DNA of 64,000 nucleotides from an uncultured cyanobacterium (GCA_963718615.1 OY970368.1:3168001-3232000), one strand, 5' to 3'; counted from the first letter of the stretch, positions 9,260 through 19,285 are shown. Notes: generated from the letters alone by a model not told the origin. Numbers and translations: made by a program.

Positions 9260-10996
9260 CTAGCGATCGCCGCGTCTCGCTCGAATTTGAGTCGCTGGAA
9301 ATTGCTCGGCTCCCGCCCGAGGCACACGAATTTCAGTTTGGGCTAGGGCAGCTGGTGCGAAAAAGAAGGGGGCCATAGTCAACGGCTCAATGGCCTGGAT
9401 CTCGCCTAGAATTTGACTATGTTGCAGTTCGGAAATCTCTAAACTGGCCCGAAGCTGTTCGAGCAACTTTAGGCTAGTTCTGGAATTGGCAAGACCGCTG
9501 GCAAGGGCATCTTGAAGAACCCCCCGATAGATTTGCAGGCGATCGCGCTGGGTCGCCAAGGGCAAGGTTTTTGCCAGAACATGAACCTCTGCGGGACTCA
9601 GATGGGCTAGCGATCGCTGACCCAGAATATCGCTAAAATCAAGGTTAAGCTTTTGCAGTTGACGACGCAGTTTATCGGCTAAACTCTCTTGCTCATAACG
9701 CTCGGGATTGCGATGCCAGACCCGACAGAGCCAAAGGATACTCACACTAGCAAGGATAGCTTGAAACCCTAGTTGAACAGGCATCGACCACCGTAGAACT
9801 TCGGGCCTTCCACCGTAAATAAAGAAAATATTGAAGGCCAAAAAGGTACTGATCGAAAACATCTGATGACGCAGTACTTCTCGGCTTAAATAGGGAGCCG
9901 ATCGCTGTCGCCATTGCCGATAAATCATTTCCCCATTAATTCCTAAAGCATAACCTAACCCTGCAAATCCAGCGAGGGTTAACGGTGCTGCTAAAACCTT
10001 GGGAATATTGAGGCTTTGACCCGCCAGATAAAAGCCAGGATGGAGCAGGGTTGACAGCGGATCAGCCTCATGGCTCCATGCGCCTGAAAAGTAGTATTTC
10101 CAGTTCCCTGCATAAAGATAGTAGTACAACAGATATCCCACTACTAATCCCAAGTAACCATACTGCACCAGCCGTCGTCCGGGGTGATTGAGTGCTTGCC
10201 AGTAGGTCTTTTCAGAGTCAATATCTAAGCAAGGGGACTTGCAACCAATACAAGCACTTTGAACCGTGTCCGCCGTTACCGTACGGCACATCGACTGGGT
10301 GAGACTCCCAGCGGGTGCCAGATGGGCCTCACTGCCCAAAAGGCCTCGGGGTCCTGTAAAAACGGTTTGTACCATGCCAAAGGGACAGATGTAGTGGCAC
10401 CAGCTTCGTCCACCGTAAAGGATAACCATGGCGATCGCCCCTAGAATCGTCAATACCAGAAAGCTTCCTAGGGCAACCCGGTTAGAATTAACTAGCAAAA
10501 TTCTGACATTTAGCCCTAAAAAAAACAGGCCAAATTGCACATAGAAATGATTGCGCTGGAGCCATTGATTCCGATGGATATCCAACAGCGGTTTGAGCCC
10601 TAAAGCACGCGGAATCTGAGACATGAAATAGAGGGGACAGATACGCCGCCAAACTTCATGCCCAAACACCAAGACAATAAAAAGGCCACTGGGAATAACC
10701 ATACCCCAAAAAATTCGAGTGGCAATGGGATAGGGAGCTTGTTCTAGGCAAACATTCTGAACTTTCACACAGGTAGCCGGATCCAAGGCCTGGGCAATTA
10801 CCATATCTCGCATCGGGCTGCCCTGGTTTTGGGGATCAGTCCAAAAGGCAGAAATGGGGTCATAGAATAAGGAAGCAATCAGCACCAGCCATCCAATCGC
10901 TAGGCCCCAGCGGACCAGATGGAATCTTTGTTCAGTGGTTTTGGCAGATGTGATTGGGGTAGACGTGTCTTGGGTAGACGTGGCTTGGGTAGACAT
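9260..10996 (-). CDS. Polytopic membrane protein with 4Fe-4S-binding (NapH/MauN-like) motifs
   Basis: About 8 TM segments; WRRICP, WCHYICPFG, CIGCKSPCLDID; soluble C-terminal helical domain. Start ATG 10996 or GTG 11005. Confidence 0.8.
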   Translation of the reverse strand: MSTQATSTQDTSTPITSAKTTEQRFHLVRWGLAIGWLVLIASLFYDPISAFWTDPQNQGSPMRDMVIAQALDPATCVKVQNVCLEQAPYPIATRIFWGMVIPSGLFIVLVFGHEVWRRICPLYFMSQIPRALGLKPLLDIHRNQWLQRNHFYVQFGLFFLGLNVRILLVNSNRVALGSFLVLTILGAIAMVILYGGRSWCHYICPFGMVQTVFTGPRGLLGSEAHLAPAGSLTQSMCRTVTADTVQSACIGCKSPCLDIDSEKTYWQALNHPGRRLVQYGYLGLVVGYLLYYYLYAGNWKYYFSGAWSHEADPLSTLLHPGFYLAGQSLNIPKVLAAPLTLAGFAGLGYALGINGEMIYRQWRQRSAPYLSREVLRHQMFSISTFLAFNIFFIYGGRPEVLRWSMPVQLGFQAILASVSILWLCRVWHRNPERYEQESLADKLRRQLQKLNLDFSDILGQRSLAHLSPAEVHVLAKTLPLATQRDRLQIYRGVLQDALASGLANSRTSLKLLEQLRASLEISELQHSQILGEIQAIEPLTMAPFFFAPAALAQTEIRVPRAGAEQFPATQIRARRGDR

Positions 10997-11070
10997 AGCA
11001 GGCACCTCTTTCTTGACTCCAGTGTTCTGGAGGATGAGGGCTGGGGGAAGTACCCGGTCGGGTGATTTAG

Positions 11071-12099
11071 CTAGGAAAATAGGTGGGCAATACTGGCCTC
11101 AATGTCGTCCAGGGCCAAAAAGCGGTCGAGCGCTAAATGCATCCAACACAGCGAAACCTTCGGATCCGTGGCCATCATTTCAAAGCCCAAAGCCAACGAC
11201 AAGGCTTCCCCCTCGGGATAAATGTTGGGTGCATAGAGTTCGCACAAATTGGGAAAATTGCCTTGCATCGTGCGCAGCGTTGCCTGGGCATCCCGCAACA
11301 GTTGGGTCATGGACGAGATTTGTTGATAGGGCGGATCAACCTGGAAGCTGCGAATATAGACCGAGTAGCAGTTGCGATCGCCCACCGCCGCCAATTTAAC
11401 CGGATCCTCCGTCTCAATCGAACTCAAATACAGGCTCATCGTCGGAGGCAGAAAAAAGTTTTGCTCCGATTCGCTGTGGGTGGGAAACAGCATGTAAAAG
11501 CCCACAGGATGGTGATTATCCTGGCGGCGCAGGACCCGCATCCCTTCAGGATACAGTTGAGCCCACTGGCGCAGACTCTGGGTAATTTGATGGGTACTCG
11601 TTTGGGTCTCTTCAATCATCCAGTTGTAGTTCTTGGACAAAAACTTGGCCACAGACACCACATCCAGTCGGGGATTAAAGTCATCGGTATAGAGTGGAAT
11701 CGACAGACAGTCGTCATCGTCACAAAGATTCGCCGGGGGACGCAGACTCAGATGGGTGATGTTACCATCGAACTCTTTTTTGAGCAGCCTCTTTTCCGCC
11801 AACTGGTTGATCATCAGTCCGGCGGCGCGATCGCTTCCCCGGTCGGTTTCGGCATAAAACAAATAAGACGCCTCCCGCTGGGAACAGGCCATGGGTCCTT
11901 GCAAAGGCTCCAGCTTTTCCAAGGGGGCGGTGAGCAACTGACCCCGCTGCTTAATCAGTCCGTAGGCCCACAAGCGCACAAAACATTGCGCCTGCCGTCG
12001 CGTCAAACCATGCTGTCCGAGCAGAAGCTTCACATAGCGAGCCTGTTGATCCGGCGAAAACCAACGGCTCAAATCAGCGGGATGAATCTTATCAACCAT
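11071..12099 (-). CDS. Hypothetical protein with wHTH-like N-terminus and GNAT-like C-terminus
   Basis: Long ORF in operon orientation with the 4Fe-4S gene. N-terminal GLTRRQAQCFVRLW..SDRAAGLMINQL; C-terminal PVGFYMLFP, VYIRSFQVDPPYQ, LGFE. Domain calls are by eye. Start ATG 12099 or GTG 12210. Confidence 0.65.
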   Translation of the reverse strand: MVDKIHPADLSRWFSPDQQARYVKLLLGQHGLTRRQAQCFVRLWAYGLIKQRGQLLTAPLEKLEPLQGPMACSQREASYLFYAETDRGSDRAAGLMINQLAEKRLLKKEFDGNITHLSLRPPANLCDDDDCLSIPLYTDDFNPRLDVVSVAKFLSKNYNWMIEETQTSTHQITQSLRQWAQLYPEGMRVLRRQDNHHPVGFYMLFPTHSESEQNFFLPPTMSLYLSSIETEDPVKLAAVGDRNCYSVYIRSFQVDPPYQQISSMTQLLRDAQATLRTMQGNFPNLCELYAPNIYPEGEALSLALGFEMMATDPKVSLCWMHLALDRFLALDDIEASIAHLFS

Positions 12100-12471
12100 C
12101 GGTAGATAACCCTGAGACCCTGTGCTATCGTCCCATGACTCTTCCTGATTGTTGCAATAAATGCCACATTCGGCACCCCCCACTGACGCCCTTGTTCCCA
12201 AAAACTTCACCCTCCTTCAGATCTCTCCAACCTTCTACGGGCTGATTCCTGGCTCTCACCCTTCACTTCCTAGCCCTCACCTTCCCTACTGCGACCTCAT
12301 CGTCACTACTCGTATAGAGATGACATAGTGGCAACATCGCTAAGCCAAACAGCTTACGCCAAAGGGCGCGAAGGCCGCTTCCCATCCGAATCTCTCAGGG
12401 TTCGTCCCTAGGCTGTCCCGCTTACCCTTTGCATACCTCACCAATTTCCATCGTAGGAAGGAGAGTTACGG

Positions 12472-13125
12472 GTGTTACCACTTACCTCTGCAATGCCAAG
12501 CCCCATGCTAACGCTTCAGGTGATCGACGGATTCCAGCCCTCGCCTTCGGAATCTGCACCGGGACAGTCGTCGTTGTTGTTTCAAGCCATCTTTAACAGT
12601 CTGATGCAAGGCGTTCTGATTCTGAATCAAAAACGGGAACTGGTTCAGGCGAATGCCCGTGCCCTTGAACTCTGCAAGTTGCTCAATCAACAGCTAGGGA
12701 CAACCAGTCGTCTCGCTCAACAATCCGCAGCCCGGATCCCCGAATCCATTTGGAATCTTTGCCGCGTATTATTATCCAGCCGTCAGGAATTCCCCGATAT
12801 GGTCGTGATTCCAGAGGAAGAGATTGACCTAGGTGATATTGCACACCTCAAGGTGAATGCTCGCTGGCTCGAACTCTCCGATGCCGATGAGCCCTACATC
12901 TTAGTGACCCTGGAAGATCAGATGGAAATGCTGCGCAATCTGGCCTGCTGGGATGCCCACCGTTACAATCTCACCGCCCGTGAAGCGGAGGTGTGGCTGC
13001 TGCGGCGTCAGGGATATTCCTACGATGAAATTGCGGATCGGCTCTACATCAGTAGGAATACTGTAAAGAAGCACCTTAAAAGTGTGTCTTCTAAGCGCGG
13101 TACGGATGATGTATCGGGGGGTTGA
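12472..13125 (+). CDS. LuxR-family HTH regulator with PAS-like N-terminus
   Basis: QAIFNSLMQGVLILN..ANARA (PAS-like); LTAREAEVWLL..GYSYDEIADRLYISRNTVKKHLKS (LuxR HTH). Confidence 0.88.
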   Translation: MLPLTSAMPSPMLTLQVIDGFQPSPSESAPGQSSLLFQAIFNSLMQGVLILNQKRELVQANARALELCKLLNQQLGTTSRLAQQSAARIPESIWNLCRVLLSSRQEFPDMVVIPEEEIDLGDIAHLKVNARWLELSDADEPYILVTLEDQMEMLRNLACWDAHRYNLTAREAEVWLLRRQGYSYDEIADRLYISRNTVKKHLKSVSSKRGTDDVSGG

Positions 13126-13194
13126 AACCGATTGTTGACCACTGGATTGCTCACCGCTTAATTGAATTCACTAACCGAGATCAAGGGAATATCC

Positions 13195-14607
13195 ATGCAA
13201 TTTACTATGTATCACGATGCGATCGCCTCAACCGCTCCCTGTCATACCCACAAACGCCTTGTGGTCTGCTGCGATGGCACCTGGAACGAACCCACCGATT
13301 CCCCTACCAGTCAGCATCCGACCAATGTCTTTAAACTAGCGCAGTCGATTCCGGCCCAGGATCAAACCGGGATGCCCCAGGTGGTTTACTATGCTCGCGG
13401 TTTGGGTAGTGGGGATGGGCTCGATCGCTGGCTGGGAGGGGCTTTCGGCGTTGGCATTGACCAGGAAATCCAGGATGCCTATATTTTTCTGTCGATGAAT
13501 TATCATCCCGGCGATGAAATTTATCTGTTTGGTTTTAGCCGAGGAGCCTACACCGTGCGTAGTCTGGCCGGATTCATCAGTACTGCTGGATTGCTCCATC
13601 CCGAGCAGCTCCGTCAACTCCCTCGGCAGCCCGGACTAGGCGAGCACAAACCACCCCAAAATCAGCTCGAAGCCGCCTATCAACTCTATCGGGCGGACGA
13701 CAGCGCCGAGCGTCACCTGCTCGCCGAAGCCTTTCGGCAGGCACCCGGTAACTATGGCCCCGTGGAGATCAAGCTGCTCTGTTGCTGGGATACGGTGGGA
13801 GCGTTGGGCATTCCTCGGCTGATTCCAGGGCTGACCCTGGGCAACCGATATCGGTTCCATGATTGCAAACTGTCGCCGAAGGTCAAGCATGCCCTCCATG
13901 CGGTGGCGATCGACGAGCGTCGCAAAATCTTTGATGTCACGCCGATGAATCGTCAAAAAAACGACCCGAATCATCTGGAACAAATGCTGTTTCCGGGGGG
14001 CCATGGCTGTGTCGGGGGCGGAACGTTGGAGAATGCGCCGCTGTCGAATGGGGCTTTGCAGTGGGTGGTGGATGCGATCGCCCACCTCTCCCTCGGCCTC
14101 GAAATTAACCTGGCACAAATCGGCGAAACCCTTACTCCCGCTGGACGGTTGCCCGTCAATCCCTTGGCTCCCCTAGCCAGTGGCGAGGATTCAATTCTCC
14201 AGTTATTTTGGAAAGCGTTGTCGATTTGGAGTCGAAATTTTGCCCGCCAAATCCCACAGGTGCAGGACGGAAAGGATCTAGAGTGGTTAGCTCGCCAACT
14301 CGGTTGCACTGCGGAAACACTGCGCAAAGGTCAAACCCATCCTCGCCCCGAGTATCAAAACCAAAGCTGTCCTGAAGATGGACTAACGGCTGTCTATGGC
14401 ATCCATGAAAGCCTCAAGGTACGACTCGAAGTGCTGGGGAATTTAGCCCAGTTTCAGACGGAACAGTCTCGGTCTCAAGCCTTACCCAACGGCTATTTTC
14501 CACAGTCCTTGATCAACTATCTTGTGCGCGTCCGTTCGACCCAGTCGTCGCGTTCGTTAGATGCTTCTCCGGTGACCAATGCAAGCGAAATTTTGCCTCA
14601 AGCTTAA
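13195..14607 (+). CDS. DUF2235 (Tle1-like) alpha/beta-hydrolase
   Basis: KRLVVCCDGTWN, TNV, GFSRGAYTVRSLAG nucleophile elbow, WDTVGALG, HAVAIDERR, FPGGHGCVGGG. Confidence 0.88.
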   Translation: MQFTMYHDAIASTAPCHTHKRLVVCCDGTWNEPTDSPTSQHPTNVFKLAQSIPAQDQTGMPQVVYYARGLGSGDGLDRWLGGAFGVGIDQEIQDAYIFLSMNYHPGDEIYLFGFSRGAYTVRSLAGFISTAGLLHPEQLRQLPRQPGLGEHKPPQNQLEAAYQLYRADDSAERHLLAEAFRQAPGNYGPVEIKLLCCWDTVGALGIPRLIPGLTLGNRYRFHDCKLSPKVKHALHAVAIDERRKIFDVTPMNRQKNDPNHLEQMLFPGGHGCVGGGTLENAPLSNGALQWVVDAIAHLSLGLEINLAQIGETLTPAGRLPVNPLAPLASGEDSILQLFWKALSIWSRNFARQIPQVQDGKDLEWLARQLGCTAETLRKGQTHPRPEYQNQSCPEDGLTAVYGIHESLKVRLEVLGNLAQFQTEQSRSQALPNGYFPQSLINYLVRVRSTQSSRSLDASPVTNASEILPQA

Positions 14608-14631
14608 CATCTGTAAATCAATTCTTGAGTT

Positions 14632-14663
14632 CGGCCTAGATGTTGCTTTCTAGGCCGTTTTTT
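14632..14663 (+). terminator. Intrinsic terminator after the DUF2235 gene
   Basis: CGGCCTAGA-N8-TCTAGGCCG followed by TTTTTT. Confidence 0.8.
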
Positions 14664-14936
14664 GGCGATCGCCTCCTTCTCCCTACCAGATTAGCCATTC
14701 TTGCCTAACCTTTCTTGCCTAATCTTAACGCCCACGAAGTACCCTCAAGGGTCCTGTAAAGACCTAATCCCTTCGGCATAATGAAGTCATCACACAGAAA
14801 GCAATTTGTTTCGAGGAAGCAGGCGGCAGTTAATCTGATTTCCCGCTCTATTTATCCCTAAATCTAGTCTTTCGCTGTGACCTAGATCGAACAAAATCTC
14901 TGATCTTCAACCCTCGATTTTGCAAGGAACAATCTG

Positions 14937-16712
14937 ATGGAAAGTCGTCAACAATCTGCCTTCGAACTTCGCCAAGCCGCCGCTGAACTAGCTAGACAGC
15001 GCCCCCATCCCACCCACAGAAATAATGGAGAAGAGCAACAATATCGGAAAACCGAAGTCGACGCTGCAACCCAACAGGAACGGAACGTTCCCAGCCACAT
15101 CGCCAACTTTACTAAGGGTTTGCCCCACAACCCCCAAACGGGTGCTCTGCTCCGAGCCCAGAACTATCAGGACTTTGTCCTCAGCATTGACTCCGGCGAC
15201 GTGCGTGACTTTAGAAACCTCCCCCTCGGACCGGAGCGCAATGACCAAGGTCAGCCCCGCTGGGAATCCCAAATTGCCCGTGCTGGCAATGCCCAAAACC
15301 CTGGTCCTGTGCCTGTGCGGGCTTGGGAAAGTATGGGTGCAGGTCGTGTTTTTGACCTAGAAGGTCCCGATGCCCAGGCGGTCACCATGCCCCCGGCCCC
15401 GACGCTCAATAGTCCGGCACTGCTGACGGAAATGGTGGAAATGTACTCCATGGCGCTGCTGCGGGACGTGCCCTTTGCCCTGTTTAACGAGAAACAGGAA
15501 GTCAAGGATGCCCTGATGCGGCTCAACCGGCTGGATGAGCCTCGGGCCAAGGGTCTGACGCTGCAAACCCTCTTCCGAGGCATGACACCGGGGGATGCCC
15601 AAGGGCCTTACCTCTCCCAGTTTCTGCTGGTGGGCAATACCGGCATTGCTCAACGGGGAACGGTTCCGCCCCACGACTTTGCCGATGGCCTGATTCAATA
15701 CGGCTCTATTCGCATTGACCAACGGGTGCGCGTTGCTGAGCAGTTCAAGGATTACATGACCACCTGGGAAGCCTGGGTGGATGCTCAAAACGGCGCAGAC
15801 CTGCGGGGTCTTGAAAGCTACGACTCCTACACGGAGAAGTATCGTTTCATGAGCACTCCCCGCGACCTGGCTACCTACGTCCACTTCGATGCACTCTACG
15901 AAGCCTATCTGAACGCCTGCCTGATTATGCTGAGTTTGCGGGTTCCTTTTGATCCCGGTCTGCCCTTCCAGCTCGAAGACACGATCGATAAGCAACAGGG
16001 CTTTGCCCACTTTGGGGGTCCCCACATTCTTTCCTTGGTGACTGAAGTGGCCACCCGTGCCCTCAAGGCAGTGCGTTATCAGAAGTTCAACGTCCATCGT
16101 CGGGCGCGGCCCGAGGCCCTAGGGGGACTCATTCACCGCTATCTCAACCGGGATTTGCAGCTCAATGGGGATGATGTGCGTGATATCCAGGCGATTGAGT
16201 CCCTGGCCGATGGCCTAGAAGGGGGATTGCAGCAGGCGATCGCCGCCCACAACGCCCGCCAAAACTCCCAGAGCGATCGCTCCGGTGATGCCAACGGCGG
16301 TGCCCCCAACTCCTACCTGCTGCCCATGGCCTTCCCCGAAGGATCTCCCATGCACCCCTCCTACGGTGCAGGGCACGCGACGGTGGCTGGGGCTTGTGTC
16401 ACCATCCTCAAAGCCTTCTTTGACCATGGCTACGAGCTGCCCTTCTGCTACGAACCCAGCACCACAGGATGCAGCCTCAAGAAAGTCGAACTGGCTCGTC
16501 CGCTGACGGTTGAAGGTGAACTCAATAAGGTTGCGGCGAATATCGCCATTGGCCGTAACTGGGCTGGGGTTCACTACTACAGCGACTATGTCGAGTCCAT
16601 CCGCTTGGGTGAGCAAATCGCCCTCGGCATTCTAGAAGAGCAAAAGCTGACCTACGGCGAGAACTTCTCGATGACTGTGCCCCTGTTTGACGGCGGTTCA
16701 GTGCGGATTTAA
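14937..16712 (+). CDS. Vanadium-dependent haloperoxidase (probable bromoperoxidase)
   Basis: All three vanadate-site motifs: QKFNVHRRARPEA, PEGSPMHPSYGAGHATVAGAC, GELNKVAANIAIGRNWAGVHYYSD; also FTKGLPH and GPYLSQF. Confidence 0.93.
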   Translation: MESRQQSAFELRQAAAELARQRPHPTHRNNGEEQQYRKTEVDAATQQERNVPSHIANFTKGLPHNPQTGALLRAQNYQDFVLSIDSGDVRDFRNLPLGPERNDQGQPRWESQIARAGNAQNPGPVPVRAWESMGAGRVFDLEGPDAQAVTMPPAPTLNSPALLTEMVEMYSMALLRDVPFALFNEKQEVKDALMRLNRLDEPRAKGLTLQTLFRGMTPGDAQGPYLSQFLLVGNTGIAQRGTVPPHDFADGLIQYGSIRIDQRVRVAEQFKDYMTTWEAWVDAQNGADLRGLESYDSYTEKYRFMSTPRDLATYVHFDALYEAYLNACLIMLSLRVPFDPGLPFQLEDTIDKQQGFAHFGGPHILSLVTEVATRALKAVRYQKFNVHRRARPEALGGLIHRYLNRDLQLNGDDVRDIQAIESLADGLEGGLQQAIAAHNARQNSQSDRSGDANGGAPNSYLLPMAFPEGSPMHPSYGAGHATVAGACVTILKAFFDHGYELPFCYEPSTTGCSLKKVELARPLTVEGELNKVAANIAIGRNWAGVHYYSDYVESIRLGEQIALGILEEQKLTYGENFSMTVPLFDGGSVRI

Positions 16713-16800
16713 GCGTAGTTTAAGCTTAATTTCAGCCTGGTTTGGGACAAACAGGCGATCAACCGGAGACACATAGGATAGGAACCTGAGAAACACAGTG

Positions 16801-16835
16801 ACCGCACGGGGTAGAGACCTGTGCGGTTTTCTTTT
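16801..16835 (+). terminator. Intrinsic terminator after the haloperoxidase gene
   Basis: ACCGCACGGG-loop-CCTGTGCGGT followed by TTTCTTTT. Confidence 0.7.
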
Positions 16836-16945
16836 GCTGCAAAGCAGCTTTGCGGGGGCAAGCTAAAATCAGAAATTAACACCCTGGCGATCGCGTTTCC
16901 CTTTTTCCCTTCTATCAACCCTGTTTTAGGCCCTGCGGAGCATCT

Positions 16946-18574
16946 ATGAATCTTGTTACGCTTCTGCTGAGAGAATCCTGGTGGCAAGTGGTCCTGGCGA
17001 TCGCCAGTGGACTCATCAGTGGGGGCTGTAGCGCAAGGCTGATCGCGCTGATCAACAATGCCGTCAGCGATCCGCGTCAGCCGGGGCTGATTTTTCAGTT
17101 TGTCAGTTTGACGCTCGTTGTACTTCTAACCGCGCCCATTGCCCAGTATTTGCTGATTCGGCTCTCCCAAGGGGCTGTATACCGACTGCGCATGCGCCTC
17201 AGCCGCCGAATTCTAGCTGCGCCCTTAGCCCAGTTAGAAATTCAAGGGATCAACCGTTTATTGGCAACCCTGACGGACGATGTGGCAAATCTGTCCAATG
17301 CGGTCTTTGTGATTCCCTTTCTCTGCATTGACCTCGCGATTATTGTGGGCTGTTTAGTCTATTTGGGGCTGTTGTCGAGTTCGGTATTTCTATTCACGCT
17401 GGTCATGATTGGGTTTGGGGTGGGGACGACCCAGTTTTTGTTGAATCAGGCGCGGGTGGATTTGAAGCGATCGCGCAACGAACAGGACAATCTTTTCAAA
17501 CATTTTCAAGCCATTACCGAAGGCATTAAAGAACTCAAACTCCACGCCCGTCGCCGCCAGGATTATCTTGATCAACAACTTGCGGTCAGTGCCCAAGCCT
17601 CCCGGCGCTATACCACCGCTGCGCTGACGGTGTTTGCTGTGGCTTCTAGCTGGGGGAGTTTGCTGTTTTTCTTCATGGTGGGGGTTTTAATTTTAGTCTT
17701 ACCCCGTCTCCTCACGATTGAACCGCTGGTGTTGTCGGGGTTTGTGTTAACGATGACCTACCTGATGGTGCCGTTCAAAAACTTGATGGAACGGCTACCG
17801 ATTTTGATTAAAACCGGTGTTTCGCTACGGAAAATCGAAGATTTGGGATTGAGTTTAGATGCCCAAGCAGAACCCTTGGGAAATGGCTCCGTAGAACCCC
17901 TAGCCCCCTTTCGCAGCTTGGAGCTTGAGGAGATTTTTCATACCTACAACGGTGACCTCCCGGAAGATCGCTTCACTCTTGGCCCGGTCAATCTGCGGTT
18001 TGAACCGGGGGAGGTGGTCTTTATTGTTGGTGGCAACGGCAGCGGTAAATCTACCCTGGCGAAGATCCTCACAGGGCTTTACTGGCCGGAATCGGGAGCG
18101 CTACGGCTGAATGGGGAGCGGGTGACGTTGGAGCGCCTAGAGTGGTATCGTCAACATTTTACGACGGTGTTTTCGGATTTCTATTTGTTTAAGCAGTTGC
18201 TGGGGTACGATCGCCCGGATCTCGATCGCAAGGCCCAGCATTATCTCGAAGAACTCCGTCTCGACCACAAGGTCCGCATCGAACAGGGTGAACTTTCAAC
18301 GACTTCCCTCTCCCAGGGACAACGCAAACGCTTGGCGCTGCTGACGGCCTATCTGGACGATCGCCCCATTTATCTCTTTGACGAATGGGCCGCAGACCAG
18401 GACCCAACCTTTCGGGCGGTGTTCTATGAGGAGATTTTGCCCCAGTTGCGTCAGCAGGGAAAGCTGGTGTTGGCTATTAGCCATGACGATCGCTATTTTA
18501 ACCTGGCTGATCGGGTGATTAAGTTGGATTATGGCAAGGTTGAGTATGACCAGCGTCAGGCAACATTTGTTTAA
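16946..18574 (+). CDS. Cyclic-peptide export ABC transporter (SyrD/PvdE/YojI family, fused TMD-NBD)
   Basis: Six TM helices, GIKELKL, GGNGSGKST, LSQGQRKRLAL, FDEWAADQDP, ISHDDRYF. Confidence 0.92.
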   Translation: MNLVTLLLRESWWQVVLAIASGLISGGCSARLIALINNAVSDPRQPGLIFQFVSLTLVVLLTAPIAQYLLIRLSQGAVYRLRMRLSRRILAAPLAQLEIQGINRLLATLTDDVANLSNAVFVIPFLCIDLAIIVGCLVYLGLLSSSVFLFTLVMIGFGVGTTQFLLNQARVDLKRSRNEQDNLFKHFQAITEGIKELKLHARRRQDYLDQQLAVSAQASRRYTTAALTVFAVASSWGSLLFFFMVGVLILVLPRLLTIEPLVLSGFVLTMTYLMVPFKNLMERLPILIKTGVSLRKIEDLGLSLDAQAEPLGNGSVEPLAPFRSLELEEIFHTYNGDLPEDRFTLGPVNLRFEPGEVVFIVGGNGSGKSTLAKILTGLYWPESGALRLNGERVTLERLEWYRQHFTTVFSDFYLFKQLLGYDRPDLDRKAQHYLEELRLDHKVRIEQGELSTTSLSQGQRKRLALLTAYLDDRPIYLFDEWAADQDPTFRAVFYEEILPQLRQQGKLVLAISHDDRYFNLADRVIKLDYGKVEYDQRQATFV

Positions 18575-18673
18575 TCGAGGGATCTGCCTGCATAAACCCC
18601 AACGATGCTCCCTAGAAAGAACTGTCGAACACAAAACCGACCAGTTCATTCTCTCTTAAACGGTATCCTTTTC

Positions 18674-19210
18674 ATGAAAGCTATCTCCACGGCTGTGTTG
18701 TCTACCCTCGTTGCCCTCAACCTTCTGCCCACGGGGGCGATCGCCAATCCCGCCCGCCCGACGCTTCAACCTCGCCCCGGCACCGTCTCCACCACACCAA
18801 TTCTCAAACCGCTGCAAATCGCTACCGTGAGTGGCAAAATTACGAATGGCGGCAGCAATAACGGGGGTCAGCCCAGCTTTAACTGCAACCAAATTAAGCT
18901 CTATGCTGCTCTCCAAACCGTTCCAACGCCCAGTGGAGATGAGATTGTGATTCCCACTTACAAACAGGTTGGTGGTCTAGCAACGATATCCGGAGGCAGT
19001 GCAGCCGCAGGTTGTACCTATTCCCTCAATCTCAGTGGCCAAGCGCTGAAGCAGTCTGTGCACTTGATTGCGATTGCCCCTGATGCCTGGAGTACCCCTA
19101 TAAATGTTGTGAATCTTGCACCCAGTAGTTGGATGAACCCACTGCAAGTTACAACAGGACAGACGATCCAGGGCAAGGATTTTCAAATTCGCGCCACGCT
19201 AATTAAGTAA
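18674..19210 (+). CDS. Secreted hypothetical protein (beta-rich, two Cys)
   Basis: MKAISTAVLSTLVALNLLPTGAIA signal peptide; ATG 18674 preferred over 18605. Confidence 0.7.
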   Translation: MKAISTAVLSTLVALNLLPTGAIANPARPTLQPRPGTVSTTPILKPLQIATVSGKITNGGSNNGGQPSFNCNQIKLYAALQTVPTPSGDEIVIPTYKQVGGLATISGGSAAAGCTYSLNLSGQALKQSVHLIAIAPDAWSTPINVVNLAPSSWMNPLQVTTGQTIQGKDFQIRATLIK

Positions 19211-19228
19211 TCTCTTCCCTCTTGGTCT

Positions 19229-19269
19229 TTCCCCAGCGTGGTTTTGCATTGCCTTACCGCGCTGGGGAA
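19229..19269. terminator. Hairpin between convergent genes, probable bidirectional terminator
   Basis: TTCCCCAGCGTGGT...ACCGCGCTGGGGAA inverted repeat. Confidence 0.6.
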
Positions 19270-19285
19270 TATAGTAGTTGGCAAT

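Noticed and set aside
11137-12105. 322-aa plus-strand ORF
   Set aside because: Antisense shadow of the 11071-12099 gene, with no recognisable motifs
13195-14607. DUF2235 protein as evidence of a type VI secretion system
   Set aside because: No VgrG, Hcp, PAAR or immunity gene nearby, and the family also occurs outside T6SS contexts
15357-16097. 246-aa minus-strand ORF (likewise 28568-29332 and 61512-62225)
   Set aside because: Antisense to the haloperoxidase, mfd and SpoIID genes; expected from codon bias in GC-rich genes
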